Assembly (NCBI GenBank): GCA_021371935.1
Contig: JAJFVF010000022.1
Location: 220,419 to 284,418 of the forward strand
Direction: 5' to 3'
DNA: 64,000 nt
DNA from: a bacterium
GTDB lineage: Bacteria; Armatimonadota; UBA5829
In this document: one piece after another, positions 1-9,109 of the stretch
How positions within the stretch are numbered: the stretch's first letter is position 1
Layout: each line of letters begins with the position of its first letter
Position numbers and translations under genes: made by a program
The notes under the pieces: model-generated
What the model was told of the DNA's origin: nothing
Seen by the model: the letters and a program-made list of their open reading frames with translations, nothing else
Databases searched by the model: none

Positions 1-127
1 CGAAAGCCTTTACATTCGGCCCCATGATGAACTGCCCACTTTTGATAGTGTTTTCCAGTTCATTGACCAACTGATCCCAAATCGAGTCTATTTCCGGTCG
101 TGTATTCAAAAGCGGTATTTTAGCCAT
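1..127 (-). CDS. DegT/DnrJ/EryC1/StrS-family sugar aminotransferase, N-terminal fragment (gene continues off the window)
   Basis: Reverse-strand translation reads MAKIPLLNTRPEIDSIWDQLVNELENTIKSGQFIMGPNVKAF, the typical DegT N-terminus. A SD-like AGAGGGA sits upstream of the ATG at 125-127. The gene lies 14 nt downstream of the oxidoreductase stop. Confidence 0.6.
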   Translation of the reverse strand, partial: MAKIPLLNTRPEIDSIWDQLVNELENTIKSGQFIMGPNVKAF

Positions 128-141
128 AGTCTTTATCCCTC

Positions 142-1080
142 TTATGATCGCAATCTTTCAATTGTTTTTTGCAATATTCTAATGACTTCTAGGCCATTTC
201 TGCCATCGGAAATTGGTGTCAGACGCTCCTCGCAGCACTTAATGAAGTGCTCCAATTCTAGTCTTAACGGCTGCCCACTGCCCTGATATATGACCTCGCT
301 GCCATTATCCACGTTCTGGAGATTGGTATCAATGGTCTTTTTGTGCAGCATCACAACCTGATCGGCTTCATTGTATTCCAGCATGGCATTAGTGCCGACG
401 ATGACCATTCCACGGTCCTTCTTAGGCCATAACCATGAGCAATGTAAATGCGTCTCTATGCCCTCGGGAAAACCTAGATGCAAATATATATCATCTTCCA
501 CATCCGTCTGAAGCACCCTATGACCCGTGATGTTAAGTTTGGAAGGCGACTTACCCAACAGATAAAGCACCACAGCGACATCATGCACGCCCAGGCTCCA
601 TAAAACGTTTTCAGCGCTCCTGGCTCTTCCAAGACCCAGCCTGTGCTGATGGATTGAGTGCACTTTGCCAATAAGGCCGTCGTCAAGTGCCTCTTTCAAC
701 CACTGTATGGCCGGTTGATGCAGTAAGAGATGCCCGACCATCAACACTCTATCCAGCTTGTCAGCCGTCTCCACGAGGTCTTCGGCATGAATTGCACGCA
801 GAGTCATCGGTTTTTCGATGAACACATCCTTGCCGTTCTGCAGCAACTCCATTCCGATATCATAGTGTGTGGGAGCAGGTGTGACAACAATAGCAGCAGC
901 AATGTCGCTTTCGAGCACATGGTTAATGTTATCCCACACCGGTATTCCTGGGTATTCAGACGCAAAGGCCGCTCTTGCTTCGGCGCTTGTTTCAACGATA
1001 GCGCCAAGCGAACCCATATCATGCAAGTTTTTGACGTGGTTCTTACCCCAGGCTCCCGCTCCGATTACTGCTACTTTCAT
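142..1080 (-). CDS. Gfo/Idh/MocA-family NAD(P)-dependent sugar oxidoreductase (WbpB-like)
   Basis: N-terminal Rossmann motif MKVAVIGAGAWG and a Gfo/Idh/MocA-like fold pattern. Operon context with the aminotransferase and hexapeptide acetyltransferase. Confidence 0.75.
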   Translation of the reverse strand: MKVAVIGAGAWGKNHVKNLHDMGSLGAIVETSAEARAAFASEYPGIPVWDNINHVLESDIAAAIVVTPAPTHYDIGMELLQNGKDVFIEKPMTLRAIHAEDLVETADKLDRVLMVGHLLLHQPAIQWLKEALDDGLIGKVHSIHQHRLGLGRARSAENVLWSLGVHDVAVVLYLLGKSPSKLNITGHRVLQTDVEDDIYLHLGFPEGIETHLHCSWLWPKKDRGMVIVGTNAMLEYNEADQVVMLHKKTIDTNLQNVDNGSEVIYQGSGQPLRLELEHFIKCCEERLTPISDGRNGLEVIRILQKTIERLRS

Positions 1081-1369
1081 ATTGAGGTGTTCCTTTCCAG
1101 TAACATTCTAATTATTTTAACACAAGCTTTTCCATTACCAAAAGTCCAACAACAGACTGCTTGTCAAATCTACTGAAATAAAAATGAGGCTGTGGATTGA
1201 TTATAGGCAGTCAAAACCGAACTCATTTCTGGTAAAAATCAGTTGGTGAAGCCTATCGAGCAAAAAGCAACACAAATTCTGTTGATTGATCGGCTATCAA
1301 TTGGGATTTCATTACCGGAGATGCTGCCTATGGCATGCCCTAAACAAAACAAGAGTTTGTCTGAATACT

Positions 1370-1951
1370 TTAGCCTTGTTTGATTACCTGAGTATCGCTT
1401 ACCTTCTTGTATGTGTGCCCGATAGTGTCTGTGAATGTGTCACTTGTGGAAAAATCCATAACGTCTCCATATGCACTCATCCAGCCGATTATCTTTGCGG
1501 GAACTCCGGCTACTATCGCATAGCTGGGGACATCCTTGGTGACAACAGCACCGGCTGCCACAAAAGCACACTCATGCAGCGTGATGCCGCACCTTATAGT
1601 GGCATTGGCACCTATGCTTGCACCGCGCTTGACTAGTGTTTTGTGATAGTGCTCACTGGAAGCCCGGGGATATTCGGAGCGTGGGGTAATCACGTTGGTA
1701 AAAACCATACTCGGTCCGCAAAACACATAGTCCTCCAAGATTACACCTTCATAGAGCGACACATTGTTCTGCACCTTACATTTATTGCCCACCTTAACAT
1801 TCGGAGACACACACACGTTTTGGCCAAAAATACAGCCCTCGCCGATTTCGGCTCCGGACATGATGTGGCTGAAATGCCAGATCTTTGTACCTTTGCCGAT
1901 TATTGCTCCTTCGTCAACATAAGCCGACTCATGTACAAAATAATCGCTCAT
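1370..1951 (-). CDS. Left-handed beta-helix (hexapeptide-repeat) sugar N-acetyltransferase (WbpD/PglD-like)
   Basis: Repeated [LIV]GxxxxI hexapeptide pattern throughout ([31 protein letters not shown] and similar). Adjacent to the oxidoreductase/aminotransferase pair. Confidence 0.8.
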   Translation of the reverse strand: MSDYFVHESAYVDEGAIIGKGTKIWHFSHIMSGAEIGEGCIFGQNVCVSPNVKVGNKCKVQNNVSLYEGVILEDYVFCGPSMVFTNVITPRSEYPRASSEHYHKTLVKRGASIGANATIRCGITLHECAFVAAGAVVTKDVPSYAIVAGVPAKIIGWMSAYGDVMDFSTSDTFTDTIGHTYKKVSDTQVIKQG

Positions 1952-2348
1952 TATCTATGCCCCTCAGTTCGTAATTTATTTTGGTGTTCAGTGAGAATGC
2001 GGGCGACCTTTCCAAAGAATCGCAGTTGCCATATAGATCACAACATAGAATGCACAGCGTCTATTATGCAGCCAACTCTATCACTGCAAGCGCTAAGTTG
2101 ATAGCAAAGCTGATCAACACCCGGTAGTGTTGAGTTATCCCTGAACTAATCTCATTCCTTCGTGCATTGGTAAATTGGGACCAATAGTAGCTTGTATTGC
2201 ATAATACGGACTTGCAGTTGATCATGTTCCCCACATCTGATGCAGCAGAAAATATAGCAAAAGAGTATAATTGATCTGTCTGATATAGTGTATTTCACGG
2301 GCAGCACTAGTGCATAAGTAGTCTGCCAAAGATCGGATTCAATCGTAT

Positions 2349-4130
2349 ATGTCAAACAAGAAAAGCTTTCCGCTCAGTGTGTGTATCTTTCCAGAACCGG
2401 GTCCAAATGCGGCGAGAACCGTCAGCTATCCCAACTATATCCATGAAATTCTAAAGCATGCCGGACTCTGTTACTCTTCTATAGACGTTGACGATATTGC
2501 AGGTGCTCTTGATGATATTAAGCTTCTGCTCACTGTCGGCGAATACACACTGCCCGATGAACTCGCAGACCGTCTTCGCAATTGGATAAAATACGGCGGC
2601 GCGCTGGTCAGCATAGGAGGAATCTGCGGGCTTGCGGATGTCTTTGGTGTCCAGCCGGAACTGCCGACATTTTCACGCCGGGCAGTCAAATTCAGCACGT
2701 TGGGCGAGGGCTATCTCGATCCTGATGACAAGAAGCATCAGATAATTGAGCATCTGGACATTCCACTCCATTTCTTCAACGGCATCTCCGTCATTGCTGA
2801 AGATGCACAGGTGATCGCACGAGTGCTCGATGCACATCACAGATCGACATCACACGCCGGAGTGACCGAGCGCAAATACGGTGATGGCAGATGCATTTTG
2901 ATCGCGTCGGACATTACCGGGTCGGTCGTTAGGATTCAACAGGGCGTGGGAGTCACTCGTGACGGTGTCTCTGCTCCAGACGGCACCGCTTCCATATGCG
3001 ATAATGCGCTAAAAAGCGGAGACGGCGGCGTCCTGGACTGGTTTTTTGATCGTGAGCAAGTGGTAGGAATGCCTGGTTACAGTGCGTTCACTCAACCGGT
3101 GGCCGACCAGCTTAGAGAACTGCTTATCAGGTCGATACTCTATCTGGCAAGTGATATCGGTCTGACGATCCCTCTTCTGTGGCTGTATCCGAGGAATCTG
3201 CCTGCCGTGGCTCATCTATCGCACGATTCTGATAATAACAATATCGAAAATGCGCAGAGAATGCTTGAAATCCTCAATGAGGCGGATATTCATTCAACCT
3301 GGTGCATAATCATGCCCGGATATCCCGAAAATATCATCGACGATATCAGGAAGTCGGGTCATGAACTTGCGATGCACTTTGACGCTATGTCCGGCCATAC
3401 GAACTGGAGCGAGGAAGAGTTCGACAAACAGTGGCGGGGACTGCTGGAGCTGTTCGGCGGCAAGAAACCGATATCGAATAAGAACCATTTCCTGCGCTGG
3501 GAAGGTGATGTTGAGTTCTTCGAATGGTGCGAGCGCCATAATATCATGCTGGACCAGTCCAAGGGCGGATCGAAAGCCGGTGATTCCGGGTTTACATTCG
3601 GCACATGCCATGTCTATTTCCCTGTGGACTTTAGAGAAAAAACACTGGATGTGCTCGAACTGCCGACTCTCACACAGGATTTAACAATTTCTGCTCCGGC
3701 TGAGCTTGCAGCGCCGTTGATCGCAGCCGCTCTCAAGCACCATGGCATATTCCATCCACTTTTTCACCCCGCACATGTCCTTAAAGAAGACGTTGCCGCC
3801 GTGCTTCAGAAAGTTATCGCCGATGCAAAGTCGGCCGGGTTGGAATGGTTCACAGCAGAACAGATCAACTCCTGGGAACGAGCCAGGCGCAGTGTCGAAT
3901 GGTCCGATTACCATGTGTTGGAAGACGGTGTCAGTGTAGTTGTCGAAGCAACTTCACCACTCAAGGACGCTTCACTAATGTGGCTGACTGCCGATGATGC
4001 GCAAATTGATATAGACGAATCAAACTCCGACACCAGCAAAGTAATACGGTGGGGGTTCAGATTCGTCTCGACTCTTGCAGACCTGCAACCCGGATCCAAA
4101 CGTGTTTTAAGACTGAACAGTCGTTATTGA
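2349..4130 (+). CDS. Two-domain protein: N-terminal class-I glutamine-amidotransferase-like (ThuA/DUF1355-like) region plus C-terminal NodB/CE4-type polysaccharide deacetylase-like domain
   Basis: CE4-like motifs HLSHDSD, GHELAMH (H-x-x-x-H) and FLRWEGD (R-x-P/G-like). Divergent from the sugar-modification cluster. Domain call made by eye only. Confidence 0.4.
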   Translation: MSNKKSFPLSVCIFPEPGPNAARTVSYPNYIHEILKHAGLCYSSIDVDDIAGALDDIKLLLTVGEYTLPDELADRLRNWIKYGGALVSIGGICGLADVFGVQPELPTFSRRAVKFSTLGEGYLDPDDKKHQIIEHLDIPLHFFNGISVIAEDAQVIARVLDAHHRSTSHAGVTERKYGDGRCILIASDITGSVVRIQQGVGVTRDGVSAPDGTASICDNALKSGDGGVLDWFFDREQVVGMPGYSAFTQPVADQLRELLIRSILYLASDIGLTIPLLWLYPRNLPAVAHLSHDSDNNNIENAQRMLEILNEADIHSTWCIIMPGYPENIIDDIRKSGHELAMHFDAMSGHTNWSEEEFDKQWRGLLELFGGKKPISNKNHFLRWEGDVEFFEWCERHNIMLDQSKGGSKAGDSGFTFGTCHVYFPVDFREKTLDVLELPTLTQDLTISAPAELAAPLIAAALKHHGIFHPLFHPAHVLKEDVAAVLQKVIADAKSAGLEWFTAEQINSWERARRSVEWSDYHVLEDGVSVVVEATSPLKDASLMWLTADDAQIDIDESNSDTSKVIRWGFRFVSTLADLQPGSKRVLRLNSRY

Positions 4131-4969
4131 CTGAGAAGTTCCTTAAGGCGCTTCAAGGCCTTCTGCTGCAGGCGCGAAACATGCATTTGAGAAATGTTGA
4201 GCCTCTTGGCTACTTCGGTCTGGGACATGTCCTTGAAAAAGCGATAATAGATTATCGCCTTTTCGCGAGGCTCCAGACAGTCCACGGCCTGCTTTAGATC
4301 GCCGTAGGTCTCTATGGACTGAAGCGAAGAGTCTATATCGCCCACAAACTCGGCAAGAGTCAACGGTGCGGATTCGCCCTCATACGGCAGCTTGCTGTCA
4401 AGAGAGACTGTATCATATGCGTTTCCGAGTTCGATCGCTTCAAGTGTCTCTTCTTCGCTCGCTCCGACCTTAACGGCAATCTCCTGGATCGACGGAGGAT
4501 GACCCAGTCGCTGGCTGAGTTCCTCAGATGCCTTGTTTGCGGCTAGGTTAAGCTCCTGTAGCCGCCTTGGGACCTTAAGGCTCCACGCCTTATCACGGAA
4601 ATGACGCCTTATCTCACCGACTATCGTGGGAGTGGCATAGGTGGAAAACTTTGTCCCCCTTTCGGGGTCGAACCTGTCGATAGCATTGATCAGCCCGATC
4701 ACACCAACCTGAACCAGGTCTTCAAGCGGCTCGCCTCTGTTTGCGAACTTGCCCGCCAGAAATCGGACCAGGTTCTGGTGCATGATGACCAGTCTGTCTC
4801 GTGTCTTTCGATCACGGAGGCGAACATATTCCCGAAAAAGGCTCTCGGCCTCTTCCTCGGTCCACTCAGCGACAGAACTCTTCTTTTTCGCCGTGGGGTT
4901 ATCGTTGTCCAGCATACTTGACCATCCGAACGCGCGTGCCGTTGTCATTCGGTTCCACATTGACCTCAT
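4124..4969 (-). CDS. sigB: Group-3 RNA polymerase sigma factor (SigB/SigF/SigG type)
   Basis: Sigma-70 regions 2-4 (FSTYATPTIVGEIRRHFRD; HTH near the C-terminus ISQMHVSRLQQKAL). Follows rsbW-like and rsbV-like genes. The true start is probably an internal Met (for example 4915) overlapping the rsbW stop. Confidence 0.85.
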   Translation of the reverse strand: MRSMWNRMTTARAFGWSSMLDNDNPTAKKKSSVAEWTEEEAESLFREYVRLRDRKTRDRLVIMHQNLVRFLAGKFANRGEPLEDLVQVGVIGLINAIDRFDPERGTKFSTYATPTIVGEIRRHFRDKAWSLKVPRRLQELNLAANKASEELSQRLGHPPSIQEIAVKVGASEEETLEAIELGNAYDTVSLDSKLPYEGESAPLTLAEFVGDIDSSLQSIETYGDLKQAVDCLEPREKAIIYYRFFKDMSQTEVAKRLNISQMHVSRLQQKALKRLKELLSQ

Positions 4970-5321
4970 CTACAAGTAAGGTTATGAGCAGCGCTCCAAG
5001 ATTCTCAGGTTCCTGTTCGGCGCTGTCGGCTGTCTCGCCGTCACTCCTGGGACCGGCCTCGTCTAGTATGTCTACAGTCAGCTTGTCGGGACCTATCTCA
5101 CTGCGCAGAATTATGCTGGATTCCGTCTTCGAGTTGCGCTCAGCCCACTCGACCGACGTTGTGCAGGCTTCCCCTACCGCCAGCCGGACATCCTCGACTT
5201 CATCATAAGAAAACTTCATGCGGCTGGCCACACCAAGAATCGCCAGCCTTGCTACACCAACATACTCCGGCTTGCACGGTATCCTCAGCTCCACACAAGC
5301 AGGACATTCGTTGTTTGGCAC
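4899..5321 (-). CDS. rsbW: Anti-sigma factor serine kinase (RsbW/SpoIIAB-type, HATPase_c)
   Basis: KPEYVGVARLAILGVASRMKFSYDEVEDVRLAVGEACT closely parallels B. subtilis RsbW. Sits between the STAS gene and the sigma gene with overlapping stops and starts. Confidence 0.85.
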   Translation of the reverse strand: MPNNECPACVELRIPCKPEYVGVARLAILGVASRMKFSYDEVEDVRLAVGEACTTSVEWAERNSKTESSIILRSEIGPDKLTVDILDEAGPRSDGETADSAEQEPENLGALLITLLVDEVNVEPNDNGTRVRMVKYAGQR

Positions 5322-5323
5322 GT

Positions 5324-5680
5324 TTACACTATCTCCTTTCCCATGACCTCACGGGCGTCTTCCTCGGAATTGTAGATATCGAAAATTTTATCCAATCCGG
5401 TGATCTCGAAAACCCGACGAATCCGAGGACTCGGGCAGATCAGCACCATATTGCCGTCAGCCTCTCGCATCCGCTTCAACCCTCCGATCAATACGCCGAG
5501 AGCCGTGCTGTCCAGATAATCGACCTTGGTGAGATTCACCATAAGTTCTTTTGCGCCGCTTTCGAGAATGTTGATGATCTGCTGCTTGAGCTGCGGCGCC
5601 GTGTATACGTCCACTTCACCTTCAAGTTCGATTAAGGGAAGCTCCTTCTCCAATGTCCTGACGTCTATTTTGAAGTTCAC
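5324..5680 (-). CDS. rsbV: Anti-sigma factor antagonist (STAS domain, RsbV/SpoIIAA-type)
   Basis: STAS pattern with the conserved phosphorylatable Ser context (YLDSTALGVLIGG). GTG start at 5680 preceded by GAGGTGA. Confidence 0.85.
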   Translation of the reverse strand: MNFKIDVRTLEKELPLIELEGEVDVYTAPQLKQQIINILESGAKELMVNLTKVDYLDSTALGVLIGGLKRMREADGNMVLICPSPRIRRVFEITGLDKIFDIYNSEEDAREVMGKEIV

Positions 5681-5762
5681 TCTGTGTCACCTCATCTTAT
5701 TCGGCGTCTCATTTGACTGCCGTCCTCATCTGTGGCACACATTCACATCCATCCCGTAACGA

Positions 5763-6098
5763 TTAGAACTCAGGATTTTCGGACTCTTCCGATGTCTCCT
5801 CTTTCTTCGACTTTATTGCCTGCTTGCCCGCATCAACCGCGCTTACGACCTTATCGCGAGTAGATTCAAGCAGTTCTTTGCTCTTTTTGACCAGTTCCTC
5901 GCTGGACTCAGAAAGGTCATGAACTATCTTGCCGGCCTTATCGCAGATATCATCCTTGGCATGCTTGATGTCGTCTCTCGTCTCACTGCCGGATTTTGGA
6001 GCAACAAGCAGCGCAGTTACTGCGCCTATGAGCGCTCCAAGACCCATCCCAGCCAGGAAATTTATGAATACACCTTTTTCCTCTCGATTTTCATTCAT
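5763..6098 (-). CDS. YtxH-like general stress protein
   Basis: Small protein with one N-terminal hydrophobic helix (FLAGMGLGALIGAVTALLVAP) and a charged K/E-rich tail. Overlaps the DUF948 gene by 8 nt. Confidence 0.6.
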   Translation of the reverse strand: MNENREEKGVFINFLAGMGLGALIGAVTALLVAPKSGSETRDDIKHAKDDICDKAGKIVHDLSESSEELVKKSKELLESTRDKVVSAVDAGKQAIKSKKEETSEESENPEF

Positions 6099-6495
6099 CG
6101 TTGGATTCCTCCTTTGATTGTTTGGCGCTTCTTAACGTCTTGATTCCTTCCTTTATCCCCTGCACCATCGAAAGCAGGGTTGCCCTCGAACTCGAAACTG
6201 CCTTTTCCGCAGCACCGACTATCGTCTTGCCTTCGACAAGGTCTTCGACGGATTGAGCAGCACGCCCCACCCTGTCTACCTGCATCCGTGTCGCGATCAC
6301 CAGATCATTTGTATGCCTCAGCACACGCCCGGCTTCTTCGGCTAACGGCATGATCTCTTCTCTGAAAGCCTTCAGAGTCTCCTCAAGCTCGTATGTCGCA
6401 CGAGAAAGCCGCCTGAAATATATGGCCAGTCCGACTACCAGTAATATAAGGATCACGCTCAGCAAAACTGTGACCGTGACCAAAAGCCAAATCAT
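6091..6495 (-). CDS. DUF948 (YtxG-like) membrane protein
   Basis: N-terminal TM helix followed by a coiled-coil-like region typical of DUF948. The ATGA overlap with the mnmA stop indicates translational coupling. Confidence 0.6.
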   Translation of the reverse strand: MIWLLVTVTVLLSVILILLVVGLAIYFRRLSRATYELEETLKAFREEIMPLAEEAGRVLRHTNDLVIATRMQVDRVGRAAQSVEDLVEGKTIVGAAEKAVSSSRATLLSMVQGIKEGIKTLRSAKQSKEESNDE

Positions 6496-7643
6496 CTGCG
6501 CACTTCACTTTCCAACGCCGATTCCACCCGGTCAGCTATTATCCCGCCGCCCAGAACCTCATCACCATCATAAAACACAGCCGACTGGCCTGGTGTGACT
6601 GCGCGCTGAGTCTGCTCGAAATCAAGCACGGCGCATTCGTCCGGCAAGGGTCTGAGGACCGCAGGCGAATCTTGCGCATTATACCTTATCTTCGCTGATA
6701 CGGCAATGGATTTCGAAAGTTTCTCACCCGATATCATATTTACATTCTTTATTAGCACGGCCTTTTGCCCAAACTCGCCCGGCTCGCCTAAAACTATAGT
6801 ATTCGACCGCACGTCAATCGCAATCACATACAATCTCCTGCCCGACGCCACACGCAGACCCCGGCGCTGGCCGACCGTGTAAAACGCTATCCCTTCATGC
6901 TCACCCAAGACCTTTCCTGAAGTGTCTACTATAGGTCCCGGCTGCATCAACTCCGGCGCAGACTTTCTTAGAAAATCCTGATATCCGCCGCCTGGTATGA
7001 AGCATATGTCCTGGCTTTCGGGTCTATCCGCCAGATGCAGATTCAACTGATCGGCCATGGCGCGCACTTCTTTTTTAGTATGATACCCCAGGGGCATGAG
7101 TATCTTACCCAACTGGCTTTGATTGAGCCTGTACAATACGTATGCCTGGTCTTTTGTCCTGTCCACACCCTTCAGCAGCTTCCACTTCGACGTCGACGCG
7201 TCCCATACTATTCGAGCATAGTGGCCTGTCGCAACATATTCCGCATCAAGTTCGTCCTGAGTATACTTGAGCAGTTCGCCGAATTTGATCCTGGGATTGC
7301 ACACCACACAGGGATTCGGCGTCCGGCCACGACTGTATTCGTCTACGAAATTCCTCACCACACATCCGGCAAACTCATTGCGGACATCGAGCACGTGATG
7401 CCGTATACCCAAATTCGACGCAACCCGCGACGCATCCTGCTCCGATTGACGCGCAATTTTTTCTATGGTCTCATCATCAGACGACCACATCCGCATCGTG
7501 ACCCCTATCACCTCGTAACCTTTGTCAAGGAGCATCGCGGCAGCAACGGAACTGTCGATGCCTCCGCTCATGGCAACAACTACCCTTTTTGGTTTGATGG
7601 TTTGAGAGTCTGATGGTTTGAGAGTCGCCTTGCTCTCTACCAT
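6492..7643 (-). CDS. mnmA: tRNA-specific 2-thiouridylase MnmA
   Basis: PP-loop VVVAMSGGIDSSVAA, GRTPNPCVVCN, Cys-containing C-terminal region. The ORF track extends to 7865, but that extension overlaps rarA and is probably not translated. Start placed at Met-75 (7643); 7667 and 7571 are alternatives. Confidence 0.8.
   Translation of the reverse strand: MVESKATLKPSDSQTIKPKRVVVAMSGGIDSSVAAAMLLDKGYEVIGVTMRMWSSDDETIEKIARQSEQDASRVASNLGIRHHVLDVRNEFAGCVVRNFVDEYSRGRTPNPCVVCNPRIKFGELLKYTQDELDAEYVATGHYARIVWDASTSKWKLLKGVDRTKDQAYVLYRLNQSQLGKILMPLGYHTKKEVRAMADQLNLHLADRPESQDICFIPGGGYQDFLRKSAPELMQPGPIVDTSGKVLGEHEGIAFYTVGQRRGLRVASGRRLYVIAIDVRSNTIVLGEPGEFGQKAVLIKNVNMISGEKLSKSIAVSAKIRYNAQDSPAVLRPLPDECAVLDFEQTQRAVTPGQSAVFYDGDEVLGGGIIADRVESALESEVRR
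7591..7629 (-). repeat. 36-nt motif (tandem 16-mer TGATGGTTTGAGAGTC x2) shared with 62290-62325
   Basis: GGTTTGATGGTTTGAGAGTCTGATGGTTTGAGAGTC matches GGTTTGATGGTTTGAGAGTGTGATAGTGTGAGAGTC at 33 of 36 positions. Confidence 0.7.
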
Positions 7644-7671
7644 CGAACCATCGAACGATCCAACCATCCGA

Positions 7672-9015
7672 CTATCCAATCCCATCCGAACCAGTCTTTC
7701 GCAGTTTTTCAAGGCGCTGCTTGAACTTTGCCTCATGGCCGTGCTCGGTCGGCTCGTAATACGGCCCACTGCTTGCGCCGGGCGGCAAATATTCTTGATC
7801 GACGTGATGGCCGGGGTAATCGTGCGGATATTTGTATCCCTTACCATGCCCGAGGACCTTTGCACCGGGATAGTGCGAGTCTCGCAGATGAACCGGTACC
7901 GGGGGTCCCTTTCTCTCCATTACGTCTCTGTTTGCGCGATCTATCGCCAGGTAGCTCGCGTTGCTCTTTGGTGCGCAGGCCAGATATACACTCGCCTGAG
8001 CCAGAGGAATCTGAGCCTCCGGCATGCCCACGAACTGCACAGCCTGCGCAGCCGCATTGGCTACAACCAGCGCCATCGGGTCAGCGTTTCCTATATCCTC
8101 CGCTGCGGCTATCACCAGCCGCCTCGCCACAAACTTCGGGTCCTCCCCTGCTGCCAGCATTCGCGCAAGCCAGTATACCGCCGCATCGGGGTCAGAACCG
8201 CGCATGGACTTGATATATGCCGAAACGGTATCGTAGTGGTTATCCCCATTCCTGTCGTATTTCAACACCCTTTTTTGAACAGCTTCTTCAGCAATTTTTA
8301 GTGTGACAGTCTTCAATCCTGTTTTGGAATCGATATCGGTTGACGCGACTGCCGATTCAAGAGCATTTAAGGCATTGCGGGCATCACCATCTGCTATGTC
8401 CACAATATGTGCCAAAGCGTCTTCTTCCACCACAATATTTTCACTGCCGAGGCCGCGCTCAGCATCATGCAAAGCACGGTCGACAAGCAATTGCACATTC
8501 TCATTTGAAAGAGGCTCGAACCTGAATATCCGCGCGCGAGAGAGCAGTGGTGTGTTGACCTCGAAATATGGGTTCTCTGTGGTTGCGCCGATAAGGACGA
8601 CCGTGCCATCCTCAACATGCGGCAGAAGCGCGTCCTGCTGGGCTTTATTAAATCGATGAATCTCATCGACAAAGAGAATCGTCTTTCGACCGTCGAGTTT
8701 GCGCTGCTCCTTTGACCGGGCAATCACTTTGCGCATCTCGGGAATGCCAGAAGTGACGGCGCTGAAGTTTTCAAACCGTGCCCGGCTGTGGTGAGCGATG
8801 ATTGCTGCCAGCGTGCTCTTGCCGCAGCCCGCCGGTCCCCAAAAAATCATGGAGGGCAGCTCATCTTTTTCAATTGACGTGCGGAGGAGAGTCCCGGGAG
8901 CCAGAATCTGCTCCTGGCCGACGAACTCGTCAAGAGTCCTAGGACGCATACGCGCGGCAAGCGGCTGCTGGGATAACTCTTCGGGTGTTTCCGGTAAAAG
9001 ATTGGGCATGTACAT
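7672..9015 (-). CDS. rarA: Replication-associated recombination protein A (RarA/MgsA AAA+ ATPase)
   Basis: Walker [10 protein letters not shown] and Walker [11 protein letters not shown], plus a MgsA C-terminal helical domain. Start chosen at MYMPNLL (9015) with GGGAAG upstream; the longer ORF to 9081 would run through a terminator hairpin. Confidence 0.85.
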   Translation of the reverse strand: MYMPNLLPETPEELSQQPLAARMRPRTLDEFVGQEQILAPGTLLRTSIEKDELPSMIFWGPAGCGKSTLAAIIAHHSRARFENFSAVTSGIPEMRKVIARSKEQRKLDGRKTILFVDEIHRFNKAQQDALLPHVEDGTVVLIGATTENPYFEVNTPLLSRARIFRFEPLSNENVQLLVDRALHDAERGLGSENIVVEEDALAHIVDIADGDARNALNALESAVASTDIDSKTGLKTVTLKIAEEAVQKRVLKYDRNGDNHYDTVSAYIKSMRGSDPDAAVYWLARMLAAGEDPKFVARRLVIAAAEDIGNADPMALVVANAAAQAVQFVGMPEAQIPLAQASVYLACAPKSNASYLAIDRANRDVMERKGPPVPVHLRDSHYPGAKVLGHGKGYKYPHDYPGHHVDQEYLPPGASSGPYYEPTEHGHEAKFKQRLEKLRKTGSDGIG

Positions 9016-9052
9016 AGACTTCCCAATTTTGGGTGCGAAATCCTGCACATGC

Positions 9053-9079
9053 GAAAAACGGCCCCGGAAATCCGGGGCC
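9053..9079 (-). terminator. Rho-independent terminator downstream of the C1 peptidase gene
   Basis: GGCCCCGG-ATTT-CCGGGGCC 8-bp GC stem followed by GTTTTTC on the minus strand. Confidence 0.6.
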
Positions 9080-9109
9080 ATAAATCTGCTTCATTTAAGG
9101 ATATCCTTA

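Noticed and set aside
5681-5762. Sigma-B-type promoter (GTTTAA…GGGTAT) upstream of rsbV
   Set aside because: No convincing match in the 82-bp gap. The operon may be read through from the upstream stress genes.
7035-7613. Antisense and overlapping ORFs on the opposite strand of clear genes, of which 7035-7613, 7618-8301, 12117-12962, 16287-16859, 20537-21094, 21711-22319, 29135-30016, 41087-41539 and 63240-63878 are examples
   Set aside because: Each lies entirely inside a well-supported gene on the other strand, has no recognisable motifs and shows biased low-complexity composition. They are typical shadow ORFs.
7595-7626. Possible CRISPR-like or minisatellite array
   Set aside because: Only two tandem 16-mer units with no spacers. 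No other direct-repeat/spacer architecture anywhere in the window, and no cas genes.
7644-7865. N-terminal 74-aa extension of MnmA, and the 22-aa extension of RarA (9016-9081)
   Set aside because: The MnmA extension overlaps the rarA coding region in another frame and precedes the conserved N-terminus. The RarA extension runs through a terminator hairpin. Downstream Met codons with SD-like sequences are preferred.
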